Shown here in pieces: positions 23,541 through 36,990 of a stretch of 64,000 nucleotides of DNA (its first letter is position 1; the number at the start of each line of letters is the position of its first letter). This stretch comes from Eledone cirrhosa (lineage: Eukaryota), in contig OZ024741.1 in the NCBI GenBank assembly GCA_964016885.1, positions 103,974,001-104,038,000 on the forward strand, written 5' to 3'. The notes beneath the pieces were generated by a model. That model had not been told where the DNA came from, searched no databases, and saw nothing but the letters and a program-made list of their open reading frames with translations. The position numbers were made by a program, and so were the translations under genes.

Positions 23541-25375
23541 AGCTCTAAAGTTGTCTTCAGCCGTTCGACTTCGATTCTACAGAAGATTTACTGTGACTTT
23601 ACTTCGATAACAACAACAATTCTACTAGCTTCCCAAAGAAATGAAAAGGCGAACTTTTTGTTAAAAAAACAATTCTTTCTTTCTTTTTTTTACAGGCAAT
23701 GTTCGGACATTTATTCTTTTAAACTGTATTATATGAAAATTCATTTTTCTCCATCATTGTATATTTGACTGCACGCACACATTTCGTTGTCACACACCAA
23801 CATGTTGTTGTCTATAGTATGTATTCAAGCGTTGTAATATTCTGCGAGATCCCTTCTCACCTTCTGGAGGTACCAAAACATGCTATTGACACTTTGTAGC
23901 TTAATTCACCCGAACTCAAACAGGCACCGCAACACGAGAATGCTAATTGCGGCTGGATTCAAACAGTTCGCATCTCGTTGCACACTCATCGTCCTATAAC
24001 ATAGCAACCTCCATCTTGTTACTTTACCCGACTCACTGGGAAAACAACAAATGGAACTGCACCTGTCAGCATTTCCACCATTTCTCCTATGGATTCGCCA
24101 GAATTATGGAATTACCATTCCAACTACTACCCACCTACAGATTCAACTTGTTTTTTTTCTTTTCAAAGCAACCAGCTATTTTTCCTGGCTGCCTTGCACT
24201 TCCGGCAATTCATCTGGGAGGCCAACATTTTCTCGCCCACCCATCATCTTCTTGCCAGCTTTGCTACATTTACCATAACAGCCATACAGCTCTGGTAAAG
24301 CATGAACAGCACCATCATTGACAACAGCTACTGGTAAACTACCATAACAGCTTCATCCAGAGCTACTGGTACAACACTTACCATTAACATTTAATGCAAG
24401 AACAGCAACTTCGCCCATGTCAGACTTTATCCGTTTTCTGTTAGACCCCTGGTGGTCACATATAAACTACAAAACAGCTAGTCATTTGACACGGCGGCTC
24501 AACATGGCCCTTAGTGCCTCATTTTTTCTTCTTGCATGCATTTTTTTTGTTCAATTTTTCTTCATTGATGTGCTCTTTCAGCATTTTTCCTGCTGATTCA
24601 ATAATAATTATCGTCTTGCGACTAGGAAGGGGGTATTGTAGTGACCTACATTCCGTGGGCTCATATACATTCTCCGTGCGTTATTTGGCTCAGCCCAGCC
24701 AATGACCGCCAACGGAGGAGAATGTATCTCTACGCGCCCCGAGGGAAAAATTCCCACGTCAATTCAAGAAATCTCTCTCTTGCTGCTTGAACGCTGAAGG
24801 ATCAACACAAACAATATGTAACAGTGATATTTGCACTTTGGCCTGCTGGCCTTCCTTGGGCCTGGCACAATCCCACATTCCTTTTGTAAACCTTTTATGT
24901 TTAACTTCAATCATACAATTTAACAAACATTACTTTGTGCTATAACAAAATAAACATACATTTCATCTCCTATTTCTGCTGTTGACATCATTATTATGAC
25001 ACTCGTGGCCCTATTACCATTATATACATCGCTGCTAAACTGCTATCTTCCTCTTGAACCAAAATTTGAGACCCCATACTTTCACACAGGCATCAGGAAG
25101 GGCATCCAGCCTTTGTATTCATTCCAAATATGAAATGTATGAGGTTGCTCCAACTCATCTGGTCTTAATCCAACCTATGCCTACACAGAAAGTGGACATA
25201 AAATGATATTTTCAAATGCGTATTTGTTGCCAGATTATTTAGTATGATTTGAGTGAATGGTATGGGTCACTACATATTTTAAAAGGGGCCCGGAAAAAAT
25301 CCACATTTATCAACCCCCGCCCCCCCCCCCCCCTAATTATAAGTTTACATTTGTTTGAGATACATTTTTCGTGTT

Positions 25376-26536
25376 TCAGGTAACAGGCTTCCCACTAACA
25401 TGCATATGTTTATGTCTTTTTAAGTACTCATTAGAAATAAAAGTTTTCCCACATATTTCACAGTGATAGGGTTTCTCTCCCGTGTGACTACGTATGTGGA
25501 TAGTAAGCTTAAAATTTTCGATGAAAGATTTCCCACATATTTCACAGTGATATGGTCTTTCTCCAGTGTGACTACGTTTGTGAATAACAAGTTTTGAATT
25601 ATTCGTGAAAGATTTCCCACATATATCACAATGGAATGGTTTTTCGCCAGTGTGTATTCTTTTGTGTTTTGTTAAATCACTGTTATCAACAAAAGGTTTT
25701 CCACATATTTCACAGGGGAAAGGTTTTTCACCTGTGTGTGTTCTTTTGTGTCTTTTTAAGTGATTGTTATTTATAAAAGATTTTCCACATATTTCACAGT
25801 GAAACAGCTTTTCTCCTGTGTGACTACGTATATGGATAACAAGATGAGAATTCTGAGTAAATGATTTTCCACATATTTCACAAGGGAAAGGTTTTTCTCC
25901 GGTGTGTATAATTTGGTGTGTTGTCAAGTTACTGTTAGAGACAAAAGATTTCCCACATATTTCACATTGGTAGGCTTTTTCTCCAGTGTGTATTATTTTG
26001 TGAACTACAAGATGGGAATTCTGAGTGAAACATTTCCCACATATTTCACAGTGAAACGGTTTTTCTCCAGTGTGTATTCTTTTATGTGTAGATAAATTAC
26101 TGTTATCGAGAAAAGATTTCCCACATATTTCACAGTGAAATGGGTTTTCGCCAGAGTGACTCCGTTTGTGACTAACAAAATGAGAATTCTGAATAAAAGA
26201 TTTCCCACATATTTCACAATGGTATGGCTTTTCTCCAGTGTGTATTCTTTTGTGCCTTGTCAAACAACTGTTAGAAACAAAAGATTTCCCACATATTTCA
26301 CAGTGGAAAGATTTTTCTCCAGTGTGCATTTTTTTGTGTGTGAAAACTTCATGTTCTGAAGAGAAAGTTTTCTTACAAATCTCACAACAATAATCGGTGA
26401 TGTTTTTGTCTAATGATGTTTGTTCAGTAAATGTTTCACTAGGTAAAGTTTTCTCACCATCGTATGTCTGTGTATCAGAATCTATATTGGTAAAATCAGT
26501 TGTGTTAGAAGTGTCCAAATAATTTACGTTCTCCAT
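25376..26536 (-). CDS. C2H2 zinc-finger protein, 12 tandem fingers, intact ORF (ZNF-1)
   Basis: 386-aa ORF with a short acidic N-terminus, then 12 x CEIC-x12-H-x3-H with TGEKP-type linkers. Confidence 0.93.
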   Translation of the reverse strand: MENVNYLDTSNTTDFTNIDSDTQTYDGEKTLPSETFTEQTSLDKNITDYCCEICKKTFSSEHEVFTHKKMHTGEKSFHCEICGKSFVSNSCLTRHKRIHTGEKPYHCEICGKSFIQNSHFVSHKRSHSGENPFHCEICGKSFLDNSNLSTHKRIHTGEKPFHCEICGKCFTQNSHLVVHKIIHTGEKAYQCEICGKSFVSNSNLTTHQIIHTGEKPFPCEICGKSFTQNSHLVIHIRSHTGEKLFHCEICGKSFINNNHLKRHKRTHTGEKPFPCEICGKPFVDNSDLTKHKRIHTGEKPFHCDICGKSFTNNSKLVIHKRSHTGERPYHCEICGKSFIENFKLTIHIRSHTGEKPYHCEICGKTFISNEYLKRHKHMHVSGKPVT

Positions 26537-28299
26537 ATCAATTCTTAAAAGCTAAGAAATGTCTGCGAGTTAAATATATTATAGTTCAGTTTCTTGTCTT
26601 TGATATCCTGGGATTCTGTTTATATGATATAATTATATGAGATGATGTATAATATATTATAGTTGAATTTCTTGTCTTACATACATTTGGTCCAAGATAT
26701 TAGAAAGAACTTTAGAATTCCAAGAACTTGGTTAAAAAATAAAATCACAAAAAAAATGATTATTTGGAATAATCAAAATGACACACTTGATGTACAGAAT
26801 GATAGCACAGGTTATTTAGCAATTCCAAAACATTTACCTGGAGTCGAGAGTAAATCATTAAGTGTTCGAAAATCCAGAAAGCGATCCATTTCATCAATGG
26901 GCGTTATTAATCCAAAATCTAGTGGGATAAATAGCTATGTAGTGTAATTAGATGATATGTGATAGGTGGAGGTGTATTATTTTGAATATTTTGGATATCT
27001 GCGATGGTAACAGAGACATGAAGAAGAAATGTATCGTGCCTTCATTAAGAACAATAAAAGAATGAAAAATAGCAGCTACAGATCTTAAGACATCTAATGT
27101 AAGACTAAGTTTGATTACAGAAGACACAATCACATCTTGTTTAGACATCGTCTAATGTAATACCAACTTTAGTTGCACAAGTCACAATAAAAAAGCTTAG
27201 TAACAGAAGTCACAATGGGTTACTAGCTTTCGATGTATTGCTTGTTTTCCCAGTGTAAAATAACAAGAAAAATTAAAGCTTAATCACAGGGAAAATTGAT
27301 TCAGTATCGGACTTATTAAATTATTTATATTATTTATACTGCCAAGGGAGGCAATACCAACTTGACTTAAATCAATTGTGACAGGAACTTTTAATTTATG
27401 TCACCGGTGCAATTAAGGGGAGAGAATCATTATGAACGAGACTAATAATTATCTTTATAGGTTTCAAATAATTATTGCCAATTGTTAATGTTTGCTCCCT
27501 TCTGGATACACAACATTTGTGCGTCAATACCACGCCTCGCAGGCCCATAACCAGTCTTTTTGGTATTTGATAGGGTCTGCAATATATTTTTTGAAGGAGC
27601 CCCTTTATTCAAGACCCGATCGCGTCCGTTTGTCACCCACCACAAAGAATATGCGGTGTGATTGCTTTTATTCAAGGTGACTATACTACAGCTTTTGGAG
27701 GTCTTATTCCGCCAGTCAACAATTTGGTAATTTCGAGACGCCATTTACTCATCTCCGTAACTACATGGCTGGGTTGTAAGAGATTTCTTGAGAGTTAACA
27801 GCGTAACCCATTGCTTCACCTCCCCCAGTAGCTTACCTCTGTTTGACACAATGTGCAGCAAAATGGGAGGAACTATGGAATTGTTGAACTGAGCTCAGGT
27901 GAAGTGTATGCTCATTGTAAGTTTGGGGTCAAGGATTTCTGTCCGAAGCTTAATGTCAAGCATGGAGAGTCGAATGGTTCTGGAAGAATGAGGTGAGCTG
28001 TTATGAACATTCCTTGTATCGTGGGTTGTGGAAATCAAGTTCGAGAGAGAAGAGGATAGCTGGATTAAGGAAGAAATAGTAAGTGGAATGTTGCCACTGG
28101 TGGAGCAAGTGCAAGACTTTAAGGAGTTGAATGATAATGGTTAGGGCGATCTTGTGAGTGTGAAGATGAATGACAGAGGCTTCTACAACCATTTATCTGA
28201 AATCAACTTACTTACAGAAGAGTATGGTCAAGAAATAGTGGACGTGTCAGCTAGTTAAATACAAAAGCAAGACGTGGCGATGGTGGTGGTGTAGGGACA

Positions 28300-28812
28300 G
28301 GCGATGATGGTGGTTCAGGAACAGGCGTTCGCTCAACAGGCAAATACGAAGGGGTTCGTGGATCAGGAACCACAGCGTCCGTGTCAAGGTGCGCCTGCTT
28401 AAGCCTGTCTATTGTAACTGTCTCCCTGGACCCCTTACTATCTAACGTGAAATGCTTAGCCGAGCGCGCTAAGACACGGTAAGGCTGTGTGAGCGGGGGC
28501 TTCACAGAATCTTTCCTTACAAAGACATGCGTCCACGAGGCAATATCCCTCGGGACAGCAGTCTTGACAGTTTGTTTCCTAGTGTCCATTGGCGGCAAAT
28601 CCTGGAAATAGGAGCGCAAACGGGACACGTAGGAAGCGTGATCTTGGGCATCAAGATCGATAGGGGCAAGCATTTGCCCGGGCAACGTCAGAGGGGCACC
28701 GTACAGTACTTCGGCCGGTGAAAATCCAAAGTCGACCTTCACCGTTGACTGAATCCCTAGTAGCACAATAGGGAGGTGCTCGCTCCAATGCGCCGAGGCC
28801 ATTGGGTCACCA
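28300..28812 (-). mobile_element. Gypsy LTR-retrotransposon remnant (integrase C-terminus)
   Basis: WSEHLPIVLLGI...SPAEVLYG.PLTLPG...THVFVRKD..KPPL..PY...VTIDRLK. A PBS-like TGGTGACCC at 28804-28812 lies directly upstream. Confidence 0.85.
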
Positions 28813-30317
28813 CTTTAGCAGTTTGGATTATAGATGTTATTGAGACACGAGTGACATAATAATGATTTCAACAGCAGAAATTAGAGATGAAATATATGTT
28901 TATTTTTGATGTAGCACAAACAATGGTGTGGTACAGAGGCTGGTTTCTGGCGTGTGATCAGTCTGATTTCCAGTGGCTGGCTGTTTTATTTCTCGCGTTC
29001 TCAACCAGCGGGAGATAACTAGGGTTGTTCTATCAAGAGGCGTGAGGCGTCTTACTACAAACTGATCTGTGGATAGTGCCTAGTTTAGAGGTTTCAAAAC
29101 TGCTACAACACTAGGTGTGTTACAAAATTAAATAAAATCTTATCAATTTTTACCATTATTTGGCAGTAAAGTATATATATTTGCGATCTAACAACTCTGC
29201 ATACAATTAAACACATGATTGGTGATATAATCATCATCATCATTTATCATCTGTTCTACCTATGGAAGAGGGGGTAGCAAGGTGAAAATAGGATAAGGGA
29301 TGTAAGAAGGATGATGGGTATATTATAGGTAAGTGAGAACAGATGGGAATGGAGCGGGTGCAGTGAATGATTGGGGAGCAAAAGTAGGAGTGAGAAAAGT
29401 AAAGGTATGGAAGGGTTGAAGTTGATATTGGGGAGAGTAATGGTAGGGGGTACAGTGATGTTGGGAGTGACTGGAGGGGAGCAGGTCATATTTTTATGCT
29501 GGTAGGTGAGTCTTCTCCAGTACTGTATATTGCCTCTCCTTGTGGTTCTTTATCATCTCTGGTCCTATGATAAGTAATTTTGATTTAAATAGGAACTCTT
29601 TAAAATGGCTTTGTTTCATAGAACACGAGCCAATATTGACCCTGTTGGTATCAAAAGGGTTGTTTGCTCAGTCACAGCTGACCTGTGGCTAAAGACAACT
29701 GAGAAATGATGATGGAAAGAGGATGTTATCATGCACAATTCTGTAGTTTAACATACAATATAATGTTACACAATCTGAAGGTGTAGCTGTAGTTTACATA
29801 TATATAATGTTACACTATCTCAAGGTGTAGATGTAGTTTGTAAATATGTAGACTTCACACAAGGTTGTTTGATGTAATTCTAACAATTAAAAAGTGAAGT
29901 TCAATTGTTCAGGTAAATGTTTATATATCTACAATTTAAAAATATAGAAATGTAGTAAGATTTCTACTATTAAATATTTATTTTAAAATATTCTCTATAT
30001 CTTATGCTGTTTCTTTATTATTTCAGAATATCAAATGGCATTGGCAATATTTATCATCGGTAGTTATACAGAAGTTATATACCGCTGTCTATGGTAGAAT
30101 AATTATGAAATATTTCCTCTGAACTGAGATTAATAGCAACAGACTTCAGTGTCTGGAATATGTATATAAGGATTTTGTATTCTAATTAAACTTGGACAAA
30201 TTTATAAAGGCATATACAACATCTTCAGATAATCAAAATTCACAGTTGATGGAAATAGTTATTAAAAAGACAGAATTATTCCAACAAAAATTATATATTG
30301 TTGTGAGAGACAAAAAA

Positions 30318-30680
30318 ATGGAAAATAAATTGTGAGAGCAAGGTTGATTGTAAATCACAGTCTGATAGATTTGATGTTCCTGGTGTGATGCTTAAAATAT
30401 ACACTGTGATATTTGTAAAAAGACATTTTCTTAAAAAGGGTAATTTAACTATGCAAAAATGAATTCATACTGGTAAATCATTCCCTCAAAGAAGCCATGT
30501 AATTAGCTATAAACTCATTCATACAGGAGAAAAATCATATAACTGATATCTATGGTAAATCATTCTCTCAAAGATATACCATAACTAAACACAATAAAAT
30601 TCATATAACTAATATGTGGTAAATTGTTCTCACAAAAGAGTCATTTAACTAGACATGTATGCAATGATAGAGAAGAGTAT
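30318..30680 (+). pseudogene. Highly decayed C2H2-ZNF pseudogene, opposite strand to the rest of the cluster
   Basis: ATGGAAAAT start like the gene at 52610, then remnants CDICKKTFS, GKSF, IHTGEKS with stops and deletions. It shares the upstream acceptor TTTCTTTATTATTTCAG|AATATC (30026/30027). Confidence 0.8.
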
Positions 30681-31039
30681 GATATCAAGGTCAAAAGTCT
30701 TATGTAGGGGTAAGAACATTGAATGTTTTTTATTCATAAATTTTATTGATCAAATAAATACATGATCAATAAAAATATTTCGTTATACTTTATTTTATGT
30801 AAAGCCTGAATCTTATATTTAATCTATATTATGTAATATTATGGTTTACAATTTATTATGTATCTATCCCATCAACAGAATGACTATGTTGTTAGTAAGA
30901 AATATAGTTTTATCATTTATATCATGATTCATTCATGATTTGATGGTTAAACTGTATGTTAATTTGCAAGTGCCAATATACCATTTAATTCAATATTAAT
31001 GTGAACTACAACAATAAATATTCTAGGGGCACATTTTCA

Positions 31040-31450
31040 CATCTAAAGCAGACTCCATGACATGCTTCTCAATTTTACCTATCTTCTGCATCCTGGCATT
31101 CATTTCCTCCTCCATCATCTTTAATCATGTATTTCTTGGTTTTCTCCTACTCGCTTCCACATTCATTTCTCACCCAGGCACTTTCATCCTTCCTCAACAC
31201 TATTCTTCATCAACCATCTCATTCTATTTATCCTCACAACAGTAACATACTGGTTCTATTCCCATTATCCTCTGAAATTTATTGTGTTTTTTCTCTGAGC
31301 AAAACTCCATTCATCCCCTGGACCATTCTCATTTCCATTCTTTCCAGGTTTCTCTTCTACTCAATGTTCATCATCCATGTCTCACTCTCATAAATTATGG
31401 CACTCATCAGACATGCAACATATAACTTTCCTTTCAATTTCAGTGACACT
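31040..31450 (-). mobile_element. Decayed RTE-like LINE 3' fragment
   Basis: LMSAIIYESETWM... with a GRP.TW-like end; remnant only. Confidence 0.55.
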
Positions 31451-31549
31451 CCCCTCCACATGAGCACACTTCTCAGTTCCCAGAACTTCTTCACTGCACA
31501 TTTCCATGCATGTTATGTCCAATATAGTGTGTTGGGGATTAACATCACT

Positions 31550-32730
31550 GATACAGCCCAGATTGGCCATATCAGGATTGCTGAAATAGAGCAGTATTGT
31601 TTCTTCAGTATCTCACCCATGATTTTAGCATTATCTTGGAGAGTGTCATTTTCATCAATTAGAGGGCCAACAGTGGAGACAGTTGCCTTGTGTTTTTCCG
31701 CAAATGAAAAGAATACTTTGTGCTTGAATTTAATTTTCTCAATGGCCCATTTCTCCTCAGCTGTTCTTTGGTTATTGATGATGGTCTTTATGCATTGTTG
31801 GAGGTGATAATTTTTTGATTGAGCAGTGCGATAGTTGTCGAATGTGTGTTGCTGTTGCCAGTATTTTAGTTTGTTAATTTTTTTGTTTGTTCTTTTTATT
31901 TTTCAGATAATAGTTTTTCTGTTTTGGGGCATTCTGCACTTAGTTTTGTTCACAGGTCTTGGTGGGGTGTGTTTCGCACATATGTTTGTGACAGTGTCTA
32001 CAAAGATCTGCCAAGATGTTTTGATGTTGGTGGAGATGTGTGCATGTGTAAAAGACCAGTCAACATGTGATAACTCGTTCGTGATTGCATCCCAGTTGGC
32101 ATTATAGAGATCCATGTTATCAAAAATGGGTGGGCTGGAGAGAGGTCACTAGGATTAACTTTTGGCTGGTGCGATTTCAGGTTACAGAGAGCCATGTCAT
32201 GGTCTAAAAGAAGGGTTTTTTCCACTCTAATATTATGTATAGTGTTAGTGTGGTTACTAAACACTAGGTCCAAAATGTTCTTCTGATATCTTGTTGGTGC
32301 AAGGACAAGTTGGAAACAAGAAAAACTCATTCTTAAAGTCAAGAAGTGACTCTACTGCTTCTTTGACAGCGATTGAGGTGGGAGTGCCTGGTTTCAAACT
32401 GTTTGTAGACCAATCAACACAGAGTAGATTAAAGTCTCTCATCATAAAGATATTACTAGAATGGCACTGTTGAATAAAGCGCTTAATTCTGTTGTGGCAT
32501 TCTTTAAAGTGCAGTATGGGGGTTTGGGGTGGCCTATAGCGCCCAACTACTATCAGGTCATTGGCTTTGTTGTGCACAGTGACTGATTCACAGTTGCCAT
32601 TGGAGAATGTGATATTTCCAGCTGCCGTAAAGGAATCATGCAGGAAAATGGCAGTTCCACCCTTCGTTCTGTCGACATGATCCACACGGATGGTTGTGAA
32701 ATTCCTCACTTTCATTTTGGCTTCCAATAT
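31550..32730 (-). mobile_element. CR1/Jockey-group LINE endonuclease remnant
   Basis: DR..GGTAIFL...YRPP...DFNL..VDW...PTR..NILDLVFSN...DH, then ANWDAI..EL..VDW; frameshifted APE domain. Confidence 0.8.
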
Positions 32731-33789
32731 GACATAAAGGACAATTAGAAGTTATATGTGACAACCTACTGCAGATTATTGATGAGATTTGTGGCTGGAG
32801 CAAGGTGCTAGCCAGGTGGGAGTTGGGGGAGGGTGACTTGGTGGTGGAACAGTAGTGTAGAGTCTACACTGTAGACAACCATTAATGTAGGAGATGCATA
32901 GAAATGTAGTGACTACTACGATTACTACTACTACTACTACTGGAAATAGCCTTTAACAGAGTACCACAATCTAACATTAGGTGGTCCTTAAAGAAACTAG
33001 GTGTAGAAGTGTGGTTTGTGAGAGCAGTGCCAGCCATCTACACAGGTGCTATAAGTATGCATCACATCCATACCAACACAGTCTTCTCTCTTGCACACTA
33101 CATCCATTTCCTCTTCTGCCAAGTTTTTCCCTTAGTTTGCTTAAGCTATATCACTCATGCACACAAAAATTACAAATCCACTGGAGCATACTCGATTCAT
33201 TTCTTTCTAACCTCCGCAGATCTTCTGCAGTCAAGGCCCATTATGCAAACAATTGTTTATATATATATACCTATATGAACAATGGAAAAGGAATACATGT
33301 ATAGTTGTAGTGCGTCATGAGTGCAAATGTAATTATAGTTAGCTGACTTGTGTTGGTAAAATTTTCTCTGAAAGTGGATTCCAGCAAGGCTGGCTAGTGG
33401 GAGTGTGTGACAACATGTCACTACATTGCAAGCCGGATGAAACAAGCAATCTCTGTTGCTGAGTCAGGAAGCAGTCTGCTTTTTGCAGAGTCAAAAAGCA
33501 GACTGTGTTGTAGGTCAGTATTAAGGTGGGTGTGTGTGACAGACTAAGAAAACCATTGTTGGAAAATGTGTTGAGATTTCGCTACATATATATATGCCTT
33601 TTCAGTGCTATATTTTTGTGCCAACTCTATAACTATTATTCCATAGTAATTTATATACAAGAACATTCCAGATAATTTATATCTGCATATCTCTGGTATG
33701 TACTAAAAGGGTTGATAACAGGAAGAGCTGAAATTGTAAACCATTTGCCTCTAAAAGGACCCTTCTTCTTTTTCCTGCATATGAGACAG

Positions 33790-34060
33790 TTGCAATTATG
33801 TGATGTCCCTTAGACATAGTAACCAGCTCGTGGTGTGGGATTAGGGTGTGTAAGGCCCATATTCTTGATTGGATAGAGATCTGGACACACTCAGTATATT
33901 TTTGAGCAGTCTGCTCTAACAAAACACACTGGCAAGCTGCTGATGGACACAGCCCCCAGCAATGCAGGACTGTATTGAATTGGCTAACATCTGTGTGTAG
34001 CCAATTCTGGAATACCTTTCTCCCCCGAAGAAGTTTAGTGCCTGGGTGGATGGGGTGCAT
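33790..34060 (-). mobile_element. Non-LTR retrotransposon 3' remnant
   Basis: NWLHTDVSQFNTVLHCWGLCPSAACQC..EQT resembles the C-terminal Zn-knuckle region of LINEs. Confidence 0.55.
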
Positions 34061-34099
34061 ATTGGGGTTAAAATTCAGTTGGGCGGGTTGAGATGTCTG

Positions 34100-34720
34100 T
34101 TGTCAGCTAATTTTCCAATTTTGAAGCATGTTGAAATCGGAATCGCACAGCAGCAAAAAGGACCCCATGATGCATATGAAGCTTGTTACATGTCTTGCAA
34201 GGCTAACCCCTACATTAGCAGGGAGATTAATCTTTAAGCATGGTCAGCTTGCAACAAGATGGATCGAGTTTGGCGCTCAAATCTTTCCAACCACAAGATC
34301 AGACTCTTCCAAGTAACAATTCAACCAATCTTGCTATATGGAAGTGAAACATGGACGCTCTCATCCAAACAACAAAAGCACCTTGATGGCGCTTACACTC
34401 ACCTGCTTCAACGCATTCAGAACATAAGCTGTCAACATCTGACTTTGAAAGTGATATATGCTGGCCACCCATGCATATCTCTTGTTGTACGTAAAAAGAG
34501 AGTAAGATTTGTTGGCCACTGCTATCGTGCCACCTATGTGTCCCCATTAGTGCTTTGGAAACCACAAGCAATCACTAATAACAGGAGGCGCATGCTCTCC
34601 TATCGCGATGTCCAGAGATTCTGGTATTGAAATCCAGGACTTGGCAACAGCAATGAACGACAGACCCACTTGGAGATCAATTGTTGAGTCCATTTCAGCT
34701 GAGGCTGCCAGATCATGAAT
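34100..34720 (+). mobile_element. RTE-X-like LINE 3' fragment
   Basis: VWRSNLS..KIRLFQVTIQPILLYGSETWTL...LDGAYTHLL...RVRFVGHCYR...LVLWKP. Confidence 0.75.
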
Positions 34721-35220
34721 CTTAAAAAAAAAACCTTTTACTGAGCTATGGGTATGAAGTTTGTTACATGGCTAGCCCTTACTTTAGCAGGGATATTAGT
34801 CTTAAAAAGTTGTAGTGAGCTATATTTCTAGTATTGTTTCTACATTTATCAGGTATGTTAGAAACTTCCAATCCACACATCTGTTCAAGCCAACCTGATT
34901 GGGAATTATTAAAACAACATTAAATGTTTTTATATTAAATTTGCATAACATCCCACAGCATATCAATTAATCAATACTATATGAGATATAGGATTTTATT
35001 TTATATAGATTGTAATAAAATTCTCTAGAATTATAGTTAAACTTCTATAGAATTTTATATATACGACAGTGTGGTTAAGAAATTCACATCACAATTAAAT
35101 TGTTTGGGGTTTGAGCCTATTGTATGCAAGGGTCTTCAACACTCTGAACCAACCAATGTCTTGAGGGTAAATTTGGTTGATGAAAACTATGAAGAAATCT
35201 GTCATGTATGTGTGTATATT

Positions 35221-35710
35221 ATCATCACCGGTTTTACGTCCCCATGCTAGCATGGGTTAGACAGATTGTCCTGTTGTGGGCAGTGTCCGGTCGGCTGACA
35301 TTGTCTTGCTCATATGGGAACTGATTCTGGATTGATTTCTACAGCTGGATGCCTTTCCTAACCTCATTCACAATGAGTGCTGGGTGCTTTTTTTCTGTGG
35401 CACCTACACGTTCACTTTACAGTGTGAGGTGGGTGCCTTTTTGCCGTGGCACCTCCACGACCACTTTGCAGTGGGAGGGGGTGGGGGCATATTGTCTATA
35501 TGCTTCAGCTTCGGCTTGTACTCGTGGGAAGTTGGGTCTTCTGTATTACTGCGTGACGCCAGACGTCACGGTCGTGTGTCATCACCTTTGAAAGGTGTAA
35601 TTGAGTAAGGTCGGCTTTTATCACCTCATCTCAGGTCTTCTTGGGTCCCGCCCACTCCATGGCTTCCATCGACTTCTAGTGCTCTGCACCTTTTTATGCA
35701 ACTGTCATCC
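35221..35710 (-). mobile_element. RTE LINE 3' end (tail type A)
   Basis: Reverse complement of ~57475-57950. Confidence 0.85.
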
Positions 35711-36144
35711 TTCACACATCACATGTCCATATAATATATATATATATATATACACACACTTTACCTATATATACATACATACACACATATATATATATAT
35801 AGGTAAAGTGTAGGTGTCACAACAAAAAGCATCCAGCCCCCACTGTAAAGTTGTCATGTTGGTGACACAACAAAAAGTGTCCAGTCCACACTGTGAAGTG
35901 GTCATGCAGATGTCACAAAAAGCATCCAATACACACTGTAAATGTGGATGGCATGTAGAAACCAAGCCAAAATCAGTTCTGTATGAGCAAAACATGGCCA
36001 TCTGATCTGGCTTGTCTAACCCATGCTAAGATGGAAAAGTTGACGTTAAACAATGACGATATATATATATATATATATACAGGAGTTGCATCAATCCTTC
36101 ATAGCCAGCCCTTGAACTTTTCAGCTGACTCTTGTATATATATA

Positions 36145-36990
36145 TGTCATCATCATCGTTTTTCCATGCTTGCATGAATTAGACAGGTCCTTCTTAACAC
36201 AGCATCTCTGGACTCGCTGCATTCCTTTATCTCCTCTGTAAGTCTTAGCGATTTGAGGTTAGCTCTCACAACCTCTGCCCAGGTCTTTCTTGGCCTTCAT
36301 CTAATTCAGCTTCCTTCCACTGGGATTTTCTGGTATTTCTTCACCCAGTGGTCATTGCCCATACCAATGCAGTTTCGTCTCCTACACACCACCTCAGATT
36401 CCAACCCAGCTTCTCCCTCAGTTCGTCCAAACTCTGCCTTTCTCTCACACTTATATTGCACATTCAGCAAAGCATGGTTGCTTCATTTTCTCCAGTCCAT
36501 GCATGTCCTCTGCAATCACAGCCCATGTTTTATTACCATTCAGCATCTCACTTTGTACACAGGTGTCAAAGTCATCCTTTTGTACAGTGGGAGTAGCTCT
36601 CTAAATTTCTTCCATCCTATCCTTATTCTAGCTATTATACTCTTGTCCACTGCTAGTTAAGTCACCTAGGAAGCAGAAACTATCAACCACTTCTATAAGT
36701 CCTTCCTGTGACTGGAATAAGTTTACATTACTGGTTATCTTCCCTTCAGTTACCCCTGTGCACCCTCTGCAATCAAAGTCTTCCTTTCCTGTTAACTTAT
36801 TCATTATCCCACTACATCTTTTGTGTACCCAAGATTTACATTGTGTATATCATATAGAGTTTATGCCTACTCCTTTTCTACATATTGAGCAAGGCCATTT
36901 CCCAGAAGGAATCAGGGTCCTATCTTCTTTCCTACTCGCTAGCACTTTAGTTTTGGCTAAGTTTACTCTCACAGCTTTTGATTCCAAATA
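36145..36990 (-). mobile_element. Decayed RTE LINE 3' fragment
   Basis: LIPSGKWPCSICRKGVG remnant and downstream homology to 56850-57670. Confidence 0.8.
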
